64,000 nt of DNA from assembly GCF_902459465.1 (NCBI RefSeq), contig NC_047071.1:13454001-13518000 (forward strand). Direction: 5' to 3'. Both the position numbers and the translations under genes were made by a program. Origin of the DNA: Asterias rubens (Eukaryota). The notes beneath the pieces were generated by a model. That model saw only the letters and a program-made list of their open reading frames with translations, did not search any database and was not told the DNA's origin. This document shows, one piece after another, positions 23,421 through 37,154 of this stretch (position 1 is the first letter of the stretch; every line of letters begins with the position of its first letter).

Positions 23421-24629
23421 CTAAATAGCATTTTGATATTCCGTAAATAAAGGGTCTGTATACGTTTTGTAATGACTCTAAAAATGAATGGAAACATGAT
23501 AAAAACTTATTTGATAAGAAGTATACAGCAGGTTTGAATTGTACAATGCATTTTGAGGAACTTTTGACTTCGAGGAACTGTGGTTATGGCAAAAAAAATA
23601 CATAATTTTTATCCCTATCATATGATAATCTAAGAAGCGTTACCGACAGTGACGTTTCTCAGAATGTGTATTTCAATGGTAGATTTTTTTTTCCAATATG
23701 GACGTCATCGCCACAAATTTTCCGAGTGATTAATTCTCTCTTAATTGTGTAACTTAAACCGATCAAAATTCGGATTCAGAAAATCAGAAATGGAATTTGT
23801 ATGACTTTTCCCCAAACAAATTATAGACTCTAATTGATAGTATTGGGCACTTAATACTACCGCACAGAATAATGGCAAGCAATCGTTCTTCAAGTTGAAG
23901 TAGTTCTCAGCATCTTTAAGTTACTTTTCAAGACGTTGACTGCTATTGGCAACCTCAAGACAACAAATACTGCTCAAAACGATTGGGTATATTCTTGATT
24001 TCTTCTCCAAAAACCCTTGAGTTTAGTAGTTTTCAGACATTAAGGCCTAATACGATCTAACATTTCCAATCTGTTTCATACTCCGGTTACTATAACACTT
24101 CTACTGATGTCTTCGTTTTAAAAGTCGCTGATTTTTTATTTCTTGATTATTTCTCATAATTTTTCGGGCGTTGTCACATTTGGTTAGTCTCGAGTGTCGT
24201 GATTTAGGAGTTCAAGTCATTATTTAGTTACGGGGTGTAAAAGTGTAATAATTATATGCTTTGACGATTGTTTGCCATTATACCATGTCCGGCAATGTTA
24301 CGTAAAGTGATCAAAATCCATCAAGTTTAATTTTTAAAGTTGTCTGAGGAAACAAAAATACACGATTGGATTTTTGGATTATCTGAATATGAATTTTGAT
24401 CGGTTTTTGTTTACAGACATGAAGAGAGAATACATCAATGTTTTGTTTTGTATTGATGTGTTTTGTTCGGTGATTCACATATTCTATTTTCAGTAAACAC
24501 ACGGCTGTTGTCGTGTTTGAAAGGGACAGATTGCCTTAAGATCGGGCGATGTGGTCTATGAAAAGCGTTTGAAACAGTTTCATAAAATGCATATTGTTAG
24601 GAAGATGTTTTAAAACTTATAATTTAGCA

Positions 24630-24879
24630 TAAAACAACAAACCTATGAAAATTTGAGCTCAATTGGTCGTCGAAGTTGCGAGATATGAATGAAATAAAAA
24701 AAAAACACTTGTCACAAGAAGTTGTGTGCTTTCAGATGCTTGAGGTCTCGAAATCAAATTCGTTGAAAATTACTTTGTTCTCCAAAACTACATTACTTCA
24801 GAGGGAGCTGTTTCTCACAATGTTTTATACTATCAACAGATTCCAAGTAGTCGTTACCAGTAGTGTCCACTGCCTTTAA
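24630..24879 (+). mobile_element. Kolobok-type MITE, 5'-truncated
   Basis: Body plus right TIR TAGTGTCCACTGCCT|TTAA. Confidence 0.75.
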
Positions 24880-25078
24880 TGATCAAAACAAATATGACTC
24901 GATTTTGACTTTTTTTTCTCTTTTACTTTGTAAACTATATAACACGGTCGATCGGCGTGCCGTGTTAGTTCACGACGTATAAGGAAGACTGTACAATTTC
25001 TAACCATTTGCATTTCATAACAAACTGTTTCAAACGTTTTCAAAGACTAACTCGCCCGATCCAATACAATGTGTCCCT

Positions 25079-25458
25079 TTAAAGACAGTGGACAATTTTG
25101 GTAATACTGGCCTTCACAGTTGGTGTATATCAACATATGCATTAAATAACAAACCTGTGAAAATTTGAGCTCAATCGGACATCGAACTTGCGAGATAATA
25201 ATGAAAGAAAAAAACACCATTGTCACACAAAAATGTGTGCGTTTAGATGGTTGATTTCGAGACCTCAAGTTCTAAATCTGAAGTCTCGATATCAAATTCG
25301 TGGAAAATTACTTCTTTCTCGAAAACTATGGCACATCAGAGGGAGCCGTTTCTCACAATGTTTTATACCATTAACCTCTCCCCATTACTCGTCACCAAGA
25401 AAGGTATTATGATAATAATTGTTTTGAGTAATTACCAAATAGTGTCCACTGCCTTTAA
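25079..25458 (+). mobile_element. Full-length Kolobok-type MITE
   Basis: TTAA flanks and both TIRs. Confidence 0.85.
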
Positions 25459-25908
25459 GTACAAATAACGACTCTGTACACGATAATGTCAAGTTGATTT
25501 TGATTGTAGTCGAGATAAGCAACAGTGATTAACGGCGTATTGAAATGCTATTTCTACGAGCTCATCATAAGATCAGACATCAATATGTGGAAGTTCTTTA
25601 TAAGGGGTTTGGCGTATCAGAGGGTTTTTTTGTGGAAAAGAACTTTAATTACAATCCGCCAATTGTCATAAAAACCTGTGGGAATACAATCGAATAAAGA
25701 ATTCGCTATTGTGTACATTGTCTGCATGACTTCTGTTTTGTTTTGTCTTGTTTTCTTGGCATGGGAGCATATTCCTCATGTGGCATTCAACGGAAATTAA
25801 ATTACTAATATTGCGGAAATGTGGAAGATCATATTATATACCCACCGAGCCTTGGGAAAACCTTACGTCCTCACTTTGTAACCATGCTGATTTCGAAGGT
25901 ATAAACCT

Positions 25909-26293
25909 TTAAAGACATTGAACACTATTGGTAAAGACATTGAACACTATTGGTAATTGTCAAAGACCAGTCTTCTCACTTGGTGTTTCTCATAATGCAT
26001 AAAATAACCAACCTGTGAAAATTTTAGCTCAATCGGTCGTCGAAGTTGCGAGATAATAATGAAAGAAGATGTATGCTTTCAGACGCTTGATTTCGAAACC
26101 TCAAATTCTAAACTTGAGGTCTCGAAATCAAATTCGTGGAAAATTATTTCTTTCTCGAAAACTACATCACTTCAGAGGGAGCCGTTTCTCACAATGTTTT
26201 ATACCATCAACCTCTCCCCATTACTCGTTACCAAGTAAGGTTTTGTGCTAATAATTATTTTGAGTAATTACCAATAGTGTACACTGCCTTTAA
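25909..26293 (+). mobile_element. Kolobok-type MITE with a 23-bp tandem duplication of the left TIR
   Basis: AAAGACATTGAACACTATTGGT repeated twice at the left end; right TIR plus TTAA. Confidence 0.8.
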
Positions 26294-26324
26294 CCCATTG
26301 TGCTACACTTTGCAATCACGCTAA

Positions 26325-27115
26325 TTTAGGAGTTATACTTCACTTTGTAATGAAGATAACTTCAAAGTTATAACTCAATGTAATTGCTGTATTATCAAGG
26401 TAATTTCAAAGTTATACCTCACTTTGTTATCAAGCTAGTTTCGAAGTTATACTTCACTTTGCAATGAAGCCAATTCTGAAGTTATACTTCACTTTGTTAT
26501 CAAGCTAATTTCGAAGTTATACTTCACTTTACAATGAAGATAACTTCAAAGTTATACCTATAACTCAATGTAATCGCTGTAATATCAAGGTAATTTCAAA
26601 GTTATACCTCACTTTGTTATCAAGCTAGTTTCGAAGTTATACTTCACTTTGCAATGAAGCCAATTCCGAAGTTATACTTCTCTTTGTTATCAAGCTAGTT
26701 TCGAAGTTATACTTCACTTTGCAATGAAGCCAATTCTGAAGTTATACCTCACTTTGTTATCAAGCTATCGGAGTTATACATCACTTTGTAATAAAGATAA
26801 CTTCAAAGTTAAACCTATAACTCAATGTAATCGCTGTTTTATCAAGGTAATTTCAAAGTTATACCTCACTTTGATATGAAGCTAGTTTCAAAGTTATACT
26901 TCACTTTGCAATGAAGCCAATTCTGAAGTTACACTTCACTTTGTAAAAAGCTAATTCCGAAGTTATACCTTTAAAACCTAATGTGCTCACTTCGTAATCA
27001 AACTAATTTCGAAGATACATCTTTAACCCAGTGTGTTCTCGTTGTGCTGAGGCACTGATTCTGAAGTAATACTTTGCTTTGCAATCAAGCTAATTCCGCC
27101 GAAGTATACACCTTC
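26325..27115. repeat. 35-bp minisatellite with higher-order structure
   Basis: GTTATACTTCACTTTG(TTATC/CAATG)AAG..GAA units; a longer TATAACTCAATGTAAT(T/C)GCTGT unit recurs near 26369, 26559 and 26817. Confidence 0.9.
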
Positions 27116-29185
27116 AAGATATTCAGTGACAATAAAAGACAATTACAAGTGACTGCCACCGTCTTACTTGACCTCCTGTCATATCATCTTACATATCTGC
27201 ATCATGTCTCTCTTATATAGTGCCTTCATTTCATGACCAACACAACTTATGTATACACTTACAACCTCATAATCATGAAGTACGGTGCTATGTGAAGTTG
27301 CCTTTACTGTATCCATATTCAATGGGAAATACACTAGAACCTTAGACGCGTATGTCGTTCGATCCTGCCTCGATCCCACGGTAAAGTTCCTTGTCCCCAG
27401 GGATCAAACCCTCTTCGGTTATGCTTTATTAGATATGATCTTAGGTGTTTGATTTCAGAATGCTGTGAACCCGACCGGGGTATTATCTCATGAAGAACAG
27501 AACTAAAACCATACCGCAAACAATGCTGTGGCGAAATTTGAGCAAAGTCTTGCTTAATTTGAATAATGTTCTAAACACACGGTAATGGAAGAGTCACGTA
27601 AAGAATTTTTTGCAACTCTATCAATCATATATTGCGCTGAATCAAATACTCAATATTTACATCAATATTCTACAATCGTTTACCAGTGATGCAAATCGAA
27701 TGAAAGGCCGAAATAAAAATTAATGATCACAGACAACCAGCGATTTTATGGTATAACATATCACAAAAAACAACGGAGTGTTAAGCAGCAGGAATTATCC
27801 CAAAATTGCGCTAAAAAACACGCTATCTTATTTTTAAATCATGTTTAAGCCTCCAAGTCTACTTTGCCTTTTTGATTAAAAATGTAGTCACTCGAAAGTA
27901 TTCTCAACCATTCAGTTCATAATAATGGTACACTGCGCAGCGGGCACATTGTTGCAGTTCACGTCACAGTTGCATACCGCCCCCTATTGACGAAAATGCC
28001 TTACAAATTTCATTTTGTTGTGATGAAGACGTTATTCAACCTTACTGCATGAAAGTTGCCTATTTGTATTCAAAATATAGACAATATATGTAACAATAAA
28101 TACCGTAGATTTTAGTCGTTGGCGACCTTTACTCGAATCCACTATGGCAGTATAACTATGGGCTTTTGTACGTTCTTTTTTGAGGACAAAAACATGCAAC
28201 ATTGCGTGTAAAAATTAAAAGCATCATGTTATATACAGACCGTACGGACGTAAACCTAACGAAGAATATGTCTTCAGGGCAATTCTTGTAATTTGATTTC
28301 TCACTAGATTTCCCGCCATGATACAACAGGTCACGTGAATACAGAAAGGTCAGCGAGTTCCACGGTATTCACAGAGTAAATTAGATCAGTGAATGTTGTG
28401 TTTGGCTGAACATAAATACACGGTCATTATGACGAAACTTTACCGTTTGAAATAGAGAGGTTGGCAATTTAATAAATCGTCCGCCATAATTACATTAATT
28501 CTCTTCTCGGTTATGGTTGTTCTCTACTTTATAAAACAAAGTCGTTGTCATTTCTTCTGAGTGCTTAAAATATTACTTTTAATTTTTTATTTTAATGCAT
28601 TATGTTTTGTAAATTCTAAGATTAGCAGAAGAAATTGTTCATATAAACGTCAAACTTGCAACGTGTTAACACCAATCAAAATGTTTTTTGATGTAATGAC
28701 AAGACGGTAACTAGTCGATATTTGAAACTTAAGTTAGTGGATAAGTTTTGACGGAAAAGAAAAGAACTACAAACAAATCACCGTAATTCAAACCAAAGAG
28801 TTTTGATTTATAAAAATTATTTTAAAACAGTGAATGGTATTAGTACATGGGCCGATGTTCTTAATTGAATGAAGAACTGCAATAACTATTAGGCGAATTT
28901 GAGTGAAGAGCTAAAGTGGACAGAACAAAGTGTCAATTTAAACAGATTCTCTTGCAAACTGATTCAATTCAACATTTGGAATGAAAATCTGACAAAGATG
29001 AAATAACCAAGCATTTACTTTGAGTTCGTTTGTCATTGTAATGTTTCACAAAGTGTCTGTGTCCAAAAGCACCTTTTACAATTGCATATTGGATTCACCC
29101 ACTGTGACTTAGTAAACGAGGAGAGATCAAAACAGGTTAATTTTAAAACGATTGTTAACTGTGTTGACCTGTTTTCAATTACGAT

Positions 29186-29255
29186 AAAACAGGTTAATTT
29201 TACACGAGTAAAACAGGTTAATTTTACACGAGTAAAACAGGTTAATTTTAAACAC
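29186..29255. repeat. 24-bp tandem repeat x3
   Basis: AAAACAGGTTAATTTTACACGAGT. Confidence 0.85.
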
Positions 29256-30149
29256 GGTTGTTAACAGTGTGCAAGCTTTTAAAACTCAAGTTTGTTTTAT
29301 ATAGAAAAGTGCAAGTGTAAGTATGATTCATAAATTTTCATTTGCAGCACACTATAACTTTCAATTAGAAACGGAAGACGCGACAACATGGTACACCAAG
29401 CGTGCGTGTTTGTAGCAAATCATTTCCCAAGGTTTCCACGTGCTGCCAAAAAGCCACAGAGCTGAAATCTCACGCAGTATGCTACTCACAGCGTGCGAGA
29501 GGAGAGAGGTTGTGATTCTTTACGGGAGAGGTTGGGTATGGAGCATGATGCACGCACGGGGAGCCCCGGCCTGGTTCTCACGGCCAAGGACACCCTCGTC
29601 TCGGCTCGCTTCGACGGCAGCGGCGCCCCGGCGGTAAGGACCTGCCAGACCATGACCAATTAACCGAGTTCCCCCCTTCTTCGTTCTGGGGCGACTGTGT
29701 GATCCCTTTTTTCATTTCTAGAGTCGGGATCGGTGGGTGGTGATTTTCAATTTTGAACAAACATCGAGCAGTCGACTCTCTGGTTTGAATTTGTATTGAC
29801 TCATTAGACTGTAGGATTTCTACACGTCTACTTTAAAGCTCAGAACTTTCTAGGACAAATTGTAAAGTTGTCGGTACGCAGGCTGTATATTCAGGCTGCA
29901 CCTTTCATTCAAGAAGAGCCAAACTTGGGTGCTCATTATTCTTATCTACAAATGGACTAGTTATTACATTTCACAAAATGATTTAATTGCTAATTGGTAA
30001 AGCTCGTCTCGATCTGAAGTTGTGGCTGTCATTTCTTGCAAGTTTTTTTTTTTTTTTTTTTTTTTTTTTACATTTTCACCTAGAAGATAAGACATTTCTG
30101 TATAACAACCAGAGTCAGCATTGTCTATTGGGTACTTTTTAGGGAGTAC

Positions 30150-30410
30150 TTGAAAATTGTCATCGAAGATGCAAGAAAGAACTAATAAGAAAGAACACCC
30201 TTGTTGCACAAATTCGTGTGCTTTCAGATGCCAGATTCAAAACATTTAGTGAAATTACCTATCTCAAAAACTACTTTACTTCAGAGGGAGCCGTTTCTCA
30301 TAGTGTTTTATATTATCAACAGCTCTCCACTGCTCGTTACCAAGTAATTTGTTATGCTAATAGGCCTACATATTTTGAGTAGTAACCAAACGTGTCCATG
30401 TGCCTTTATT
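30150..30410 (+). mobile_element. Degenerate Kolobok-type MITE fragment
   Basis: Body motifs CATCGAAG..GTGTGCTTTCAGATG..GAGGGAGCCGTTTCTCA. Confidence 0.65.
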
Positions 30411-30521
30411 CTAAAGCGTCTATTCTAACACAACAAGGAAGGAGGGTTTGTGATCAGACGTGATAACAACATACATTGTGACCTTCATTTCCCGCGCAAA
30501 CTTCCAGGCCATCCCACTCTC

Positions 30522-30853
30522 TTAAAGGAACATTACATAATAAGTCAGACAAAAAACTCGTCTAAAGATCACAGATTTACATTCACGGTCTAACAATGAT
30601 GAGAGTAGAAAACATTTCTTGAAATATTTGTGTCTGAAATGTCATATTTGATGAGAAATGTTTAAAAACTAATTTCCCGTTTATCGCTCAGTGAGCGTTT
30701 TATTAATTTTTGTTAATCGACACCATGCAAAATGTGTAATCGGTTTTTCACTGTTCTCGTGCCGATCTTTTTCAAACTTCAACAGGTTTGTCAATTTATG
30801 TATATGGTGGATTACACTGCCATCAGCTTTTTAATTCTGGAATGTTCCTTTAA
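30522..30853. mobile_element. Different TTAA-flanked MITE family (AGGAACATT termini)
   Basis: TTAA|AGGAACATT ... AATGTTCCT|TTAA: perfect 9-bp TIR with TTAA TSD. Confidence 0.7.
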
Positions 30854-31234
30854 GCTTTCCTGAGTTCACAGTATTTGGCACCAAATAGCGTCAACTAACA
30901 TGAGGCAACACCATAGTTTCCGCTCGTGCAGCTACACTCTAAACCACCACCAAACCCAAACTATCATGGCGGAAATACCCCGCCAATTTAAGGACCCAAT
31001 TTACGTTATTTAAACAGTTTAAATTTGACGTTGGGTCAACAGAGAAAAATGAACAGAAACACAAGCTCTTGGTTACGTTTTCAGAGTGGTACTTGTCAAA
31101 GTTTTATGAAGGAAAAGGATTTCATGTCAACAGGTAAATCAACATTCAACAACCCAAACGAAATTGAATAATGTATTCTTCGACATGGAAGTTCCAAGTG
31201 CAAAGTCGAATTAAGTACAAATTAACAGTATGAG

Positions 31235-31570
31235 GCAGTGGACCCTCTTGGGAGTTACTCAACATAATTATTAGCATAAAACCTTACTTGGTAACGAGTA
31301 ATGGTATGCTGTTGAAAGTATAAAACATTGTGAGAAATGGCTCCCTCTGAAGTGAAAAGTGTAACTTTCTGCGAATTCGATTTCGAGACCTCAGATTTAG
31401 AATTTGACATCTGAAAGCACACAACTTCGTCTGACAAGGGTGGTTTTTTCACACTATTATCTCGCAACTTAGACGACCACAATTGAGCTCACAGGTTTGT
31501 TATTTTATACATATGTTGAGATACAGCAAGTGGGAAAACTGGTCTTTGACAATTACCCATAGCGTCCAGT
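31235..31570 (-). mobile_element. Degenerate Kolobok-type MITE
   Basis: Shared body with eroded TIRs. Confidence 0.7.
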
Positions 31571-32299
31571 ACAAATTGACAGTTAAGTTGTTCAGGGTAT
31601 ATGTTTGCTTGTGACCAACATTTGTTTAAACATTTTTAATTGACATCGGTTTCTGCAAATTACATGAGAGGGAAACAATTTATATTTGTCTAAAATCAAA
31701 TGCTATTGTTTTCAATTAACTTCTAAATCACGAGCTTCGATTTTTTTTTTAATTACCTTTGTATATGAGTAATTTCAATAAAGGTTGTAACGTAATTGTG
31801 TAATTTCACTAATTAATTTGTATGATAGCACAGGGAGTTTTAATTTTTAGTTAATCTTAACCGAATACAATTCACTCAAATCAAGAGTAATCAGAGAAAA
31901 AAAAAACATTACACTCAGTTACTTTGCTACACCTTCGTTGTTTTCTATTACCAACCAAGTCCCATAAAGTGGACGATAAACAAGCCTAAATTATTGTGTT
32001 TCCTTGACAGCTTAATACAAACTACATAGGCTAAGATTCAAATTGTTTACAACGGTGGTGTGCAGTTTGCCCCAAACGAACTCAAACAGCAGTCTTACAG
32101 ATTATTCATGGATCAAGTTAAGTCCTGAAAACCACTTTTCGTGGTCATAACTTTAAAGAAGTTGGTCAGACCTCCTTCATGACATCATAATGGCAGGGAG
32201 ATAATAAGAAGTCTTTTCGATTGACTACTATACACGAGTAACTAATTAAAGGGTTTTGTAGCCTACACGTTTAGTAATCACTCTTAAAAATTAATGTCG

Positions 32300-32420
32300 A
32301 TACAAACTTACTTGTTTTGTCAATTTGGGAATCCCATTTAAGATTATCCTGAATATGAAAACCTAACAGTTTCACACAGCTACTTAAGCGAGGACTATTC
32401 CCCATTTTAAGATTGGGTAA
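32300..32420 (-). mobile_element. Relic of a non-LTR retrotransposon (CR1/L2-group) RT C-terminal region
   Basis: Minus-strand translation VKLLGFHIQDNLKWDSQIDK resembles the KxLGVxIDxNLxWxxHID thumb motif; neighbouring sequence is degenerate. Confidence 0.5.
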
Positions 32421-32701
32421 CACAAATGAGCCTTTCTGGAAGTTAGAACACAAAACACAACTAATTGGTAACAAGTAGAGCAGCTTTGGATAGTATAATG
32501 CATTTTTAAAAGAAACTTTTCACTTCGAAATGCTGCGGTCATGGTCAAAGATATAACTTTTTATTCCCCAAATTTGAATCTGAGAAGCGTTACTGTCGCA
32601 GATTGTGTATTTCAATTGCAGAGTCTTCCTGCAAGGACATAACCGCTCCAGATTTTCGACCATATCTCAAAAACGCTACCACCTTTTGAAATGATATTTT
32701 T

Positions 32702-33075
32702 TTAAAGGGAATGTACACGTTTGGTAATCGTCAAAAACAAGTCTATTCATTTGGTGTATCCCAACATAAGCATAAAATAACAAGCCTGTGAAAATTTGGG
32801 CTCAATCGGTCATCGAAGTTGAGAGAAAATGATGAGAATAAACACACTTGTTGGACGAATTTGTGTGCTTTCAGACAGGAATAAAAGACTTCTAGCTAGA
32901 AGTCTTTTTATTATTTTAGTGAGAAATTACCTCTTTCTCAAAATTTATGCTACTTCACAGGGAGCCGTTTCTCACAATGTTTTTACTATCAACAGCTCTA
33001 CGGTGCTCGTTACCAAGTAAGTTTTTAAGTTAATATTTGTTTTGAGTAATTACCAAACGTGTACCTTCCCTTTAA
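32702..33075 (+). mobile_element. Full-length Kolobok-type MITE, subfamily B
   Basis: TTAA|AGGGAATGTACACGTTTGGTAAT ... ATTACCAAACGTGTACCTTCCCT|TTAA; central 26-bp palindrome AAAAGACTTCTAGCTAGAAGTCTTTT. Confidence 0.85.
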
Positions 33076-34399
33076 CATGTTAGTTTTAATGGTATACCTT
33101 TAAGACTATAGGATTGAAACTACAGTGGGTTCCAATTACCAAACGTTTACAATCCATTTCAACTTTCCATCGTGCCTAAGAATATCAAACAGACTAAATA
33201 ATAGCTCACAATCATTGTGTATGGAAATGCATGGCAGTTCATAAGTAACCCGCCACAACAAGTGCATTTAGTACACGTCCTTCTGTTGTTAAAATTCTCT
33301 AATCCACCAGCTCCGATACAATGTTCATAAAGTAAATTTTGTAATTGACTTGAGTTTTAGGGTCCGTACAATTGTCATAAACAAAAATACAATTTATTTT
33401 AATCAGACCATATGTTTTTTCGTTGAAAAACATGTCTAGATCGGCCAGGCATTAGTTTTTATCGTGTAGTTGTAGATTCATAGAAGCATGTAGTGTAGCT
33501 TGTTTTTAGAGGACAAGATTTTGTTTCAAATGATGGCTGATGAAGATATGTGACTGTGCCACTTTCTTGGTCTGATTTATACCACTTTATAGGGAGGAAG
33601 ACTTAGGGTTGTAAAGATTGTTAGATACAAATGATGAAAATGAATGGTTTGGGTAGGGTAGGCCTATATACATCCGCCGGGCAGATAGCAGTTATGAACA
33701 GGGGATTAACTATACAACATGCAGTGCATGGAATGACTACAAATTTTGTTTCATACTACAAGCATCTCCTACCGATATTACAGCTAAATAACGAATCAAT
33801 AGGAATGAAACAATATCTCTGTTAATTGTTTGCCAATTACTACAGTATATATTTATGGAAGGATAAATAGAATATAATCACAGACGCTGTCATAAAGAAA
33901 TTGGCGATGCAATGAGGCCCGTTTCCCTAAACCGACATTTAAACGGGGAAAAAACACCAGAAGTGAAACAAATTTTAAAATTGCAGTTCAGTAGTAACTG
34001 ACAGTAACCTTTGCGTGGAGAATCCAAACATCAATATTTTAAAGTAACATTTCTAGCTGTGATGCCAAGTGGGCGAAAATCATGCAAGCAAAATTAACTA
34101 CAACAATACACAAAGTCATGGTTTAAGACAGTACTTTTACCATCTAAAACAAAAACCTTTTTTTAGCTTCGGGTAACGTGGAATAATAACAGACACTCTT
34201 TGTTGATAAAAAATCATTGTGATTTGTTTGTTCATGATATGTCTGCAGCTAAACGACGTTGCGATAGTGCGAGTACACACAGTGCATTAAGGGTTGTGTT
34301 TTTAAGGCAGTGTGGTACCTACAGGTTTACGTTCATCGAACAAAAAGTGTTTTGGATACTGAAGTGCATGATTAAATAATGCACGTCATTCGGGTAACT

Positions 34400-35700
34400 A
34401 ATCAACACATTACAGTCCTTGTCTGAACCGTTGACAGTGAACTTGCAACCCTGCATTAGGCAAACAACACACACACACACAGCAAACATTAGCCACATAT
34501 CATTCGCCCTGAATTTAACTCTCGATATTGTCTATGATGACTATTTATAAACTGAAAGCAGCTGAGGGGCAACAATGGTTGCTGCCATTTAGCCTCTGTC
34601 TCACCTTTGAACACGCGATGTCAGCAAGCGGGCACCTCCTAAGTCAGGCTCGGTGGAGGGGGTCGCCGGTTTGCACTGATGGGTGGGTTCCCTCCACTAG
34701 CTCCACACGGCGCGGTGTGTGTCTCTAGCGCGTCACCTCTATAATGTTGACGGGGCGGGAGGCGCTTTGGCACGGTATGGGAGGCCTGCCCTAGCACGGT
34801 GATTTTCCAAAACTGCGTGACTTCTATCCACTGCTCTAAATCCCCCGATCAGACTCTGAAGACTCAGATACAGTACAAATTCTCTGGACGGTGTCCTACC
34901 ATGAGGATGCGAGCCTATAGTTCGTCCTGCCGTGCTGTGGTGCCGAACTTTGGCAGACTCTCTGCTCCTAAGCCCATGCAATACAATGCTCTAACTCGTG
35001 CGATGGCAGGCCGTGTGCCGGTTTTTGACTCCGGTGCAAAGAATGTCTGCGCACTTTTAACCCCTGAACCCGAGCACATTAATAAATGCACGGGCAGAGA
35101 ATCACAACGCACGGGGGTTTGTGTATATTTCCAATACACAGGTATCATGTCTTGTGTGTGGCAATATGGGCAAGGCAGCGTGTGTATCGGCCGGCCCTAA
35201 AATTGCACTTGCACAACCCGGCCCCTTGGCATATTCGCCTATCACAACCTGTTATGGGCGGGGTCTTTCAAGTCAGGCGACCCAACCAGCTGACACTGCG
35301 CTTAATTATTTATGTTAATTAAACTATAATTTTGTGTCCAACACTTCGGTTTTCCTGATAGGCTGGCACAAGAAGCACGCTGTCATTTCTATTTATTTTT
35401 TTGGCAGCAATGATGTCTAATTTGTCCCCTACTGTTTTGCGGTTGGTCGGTAGTTCCCGACCGGGTGTGACTCGGGGAGGGTGAGTGGCGTGAACGAAGA
35501 AGGGGGGAAAGTCACGCGGACTGTCCGGGGTCTCTCGTCTCAGCTACGCGTGCCAACACGTACCGAGGGCTCGAGCTGCAGACTGGGGGCCGAGTTGTCA
35601 TGCCGATCCATCTAAGCTTTTTTGCCTCCTCCAATGTTTCATTAAGCAGAAAGCAGGCCGAGGTATGCGATTTGTATTATACCGTTATTTTTTGGGTACA
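34400..35700. promoter_or_regulatory. Large repeat-free CpG-rich island, candidate distal enhancer / conserved non-coding block
   Basis: ~1.3 kb with markedly higher GC/CpG than its flanks, no credible ORF, and a homeodomain TAAT cluster at ~35300-35330. Confidence 0.4.
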
Positions 35701-36576
35701 TGTAGTAAATTATTGCTGGTTAATCTAAACATGGCTGCCGAACAATTTCCACCAAACGGTAATTAGAGTATTTGTTTAATCCGACCACTCGATCCAAACA
35801 CCATCTTCGAAAAAACCTAAGCGACTTCATAATTTCGTCCACCAGTCCACAAAAAAATACCATCTAGAAGAAAGTGAGATACGCTCCCTTTAAAAGAATT
35901 TATTTTGAGCAATCCATCATCGACACATCGAATGTGGAATTAGAGGTGGAATTTGACGTGTACCGTAAAAAGAAAACCATTGATTACTTTAAAATATTGT
36001 GCAGCCAAAACTTCAACAAAAATGAGCATTCGGACATACGTTGTTTGCACTGTAGCCTACAAAGCGTCTGTTCATACGGGCTGCACTCTCTGGCATATTT
36101 CAATGGGAATTGTATCTTTTGACACGGGGTAAGGAGCAGAGGGCGCTAGACCCACCTAACTGTTTTGTTGACATGTCTTTGTTCCCCTCCCCCTGGTACC
36201 TTCACCCCTTGTTGAACAGTGACAGACCCACCATGACCCAGGGGGGCATTGGGGACAAAGACCCACCCGTGGTAACAAAGACCTCAAGAGCAAGGACAAA
36301 CGTGTTGCACCATTACAATGTCAAATACCCCGCTACTCTTGGTTACCATGTACCCTATACGGGTACCACCAATATCCGCGGTTTGTTGCTTAAAACGCCA
36401 CACCCCTTAAAAAGTCTTATCCCTATATTTTACCAGATTCAATTCTAACCATTCACAGGAGTATATTTGCCACTTTTCCAGTCACTTTACTATGTACTCC
36501 ATCTCATTCCAAGCGAAGCTAATGATAGGCTTTCTGCTTTTGTCTAAAACTATCTTTTTTGAATATAAATAAATAC

Positions 36577-37104
36577 TTAAAGACACTGCCGTCGATTTCA
36601 CAAAACTCTTCCTAACTTAAGACTATTTTTAGGACTTAGGACGAGTCCCAACCCTGCACTGTAGCATGCAGACCTTAAGATTAATCCTAAGTTAGGACGA
36701 GTTACTCGTCCTTACTAGAGATAAGACGAGTCCTAACTCTTTGTGAAATCAACCCCAGGACACTATTGGTAATTGTCAAAGACCAGTAATCCCACTTGAT
36801 GTATCCCAAAATATGCACAAAATAAGAAATCTGTGAAAATTTGAACTCAATTGGTCGTCGAAATTGCAAGAGAAAAAAAACACACACACACCCTTGATGC
36901 ACAAGTTTATGTGCTTTCAGATGCCTAATACAATTCTTCAGGCCTGAAGTATTTTAATATTTGTGTGACAAAATGACATTAAAAACTACGTTACTTCAGA
37001 GGGAGCCGTTTATCACAATGTTTTATACTACCAACAGCTCTCCATTGATGGTTTTTATGCTAACAATAATTTTGAGTAATTACCAATAGTGTCCATTGCC
37101 TTTA
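36577..37104 (+). mobile_element. Kolobok-type MITE interrupted in its left TIR by a nested 170-bp foldback MITE (36589-36758)
   Basis: Host AAAGACACTG|GACACTATTGGTAATTGTC is split. The insert has inverted ends GTCGATTTCACAAA / TTTGTGAAATCAAC. Confidence 0.8.
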
Positions 37105-37154
37105 TTTTGTGTTTTAATTTCAAAACCTGTCCATGTGCGTTGTGTTGTCATTTA

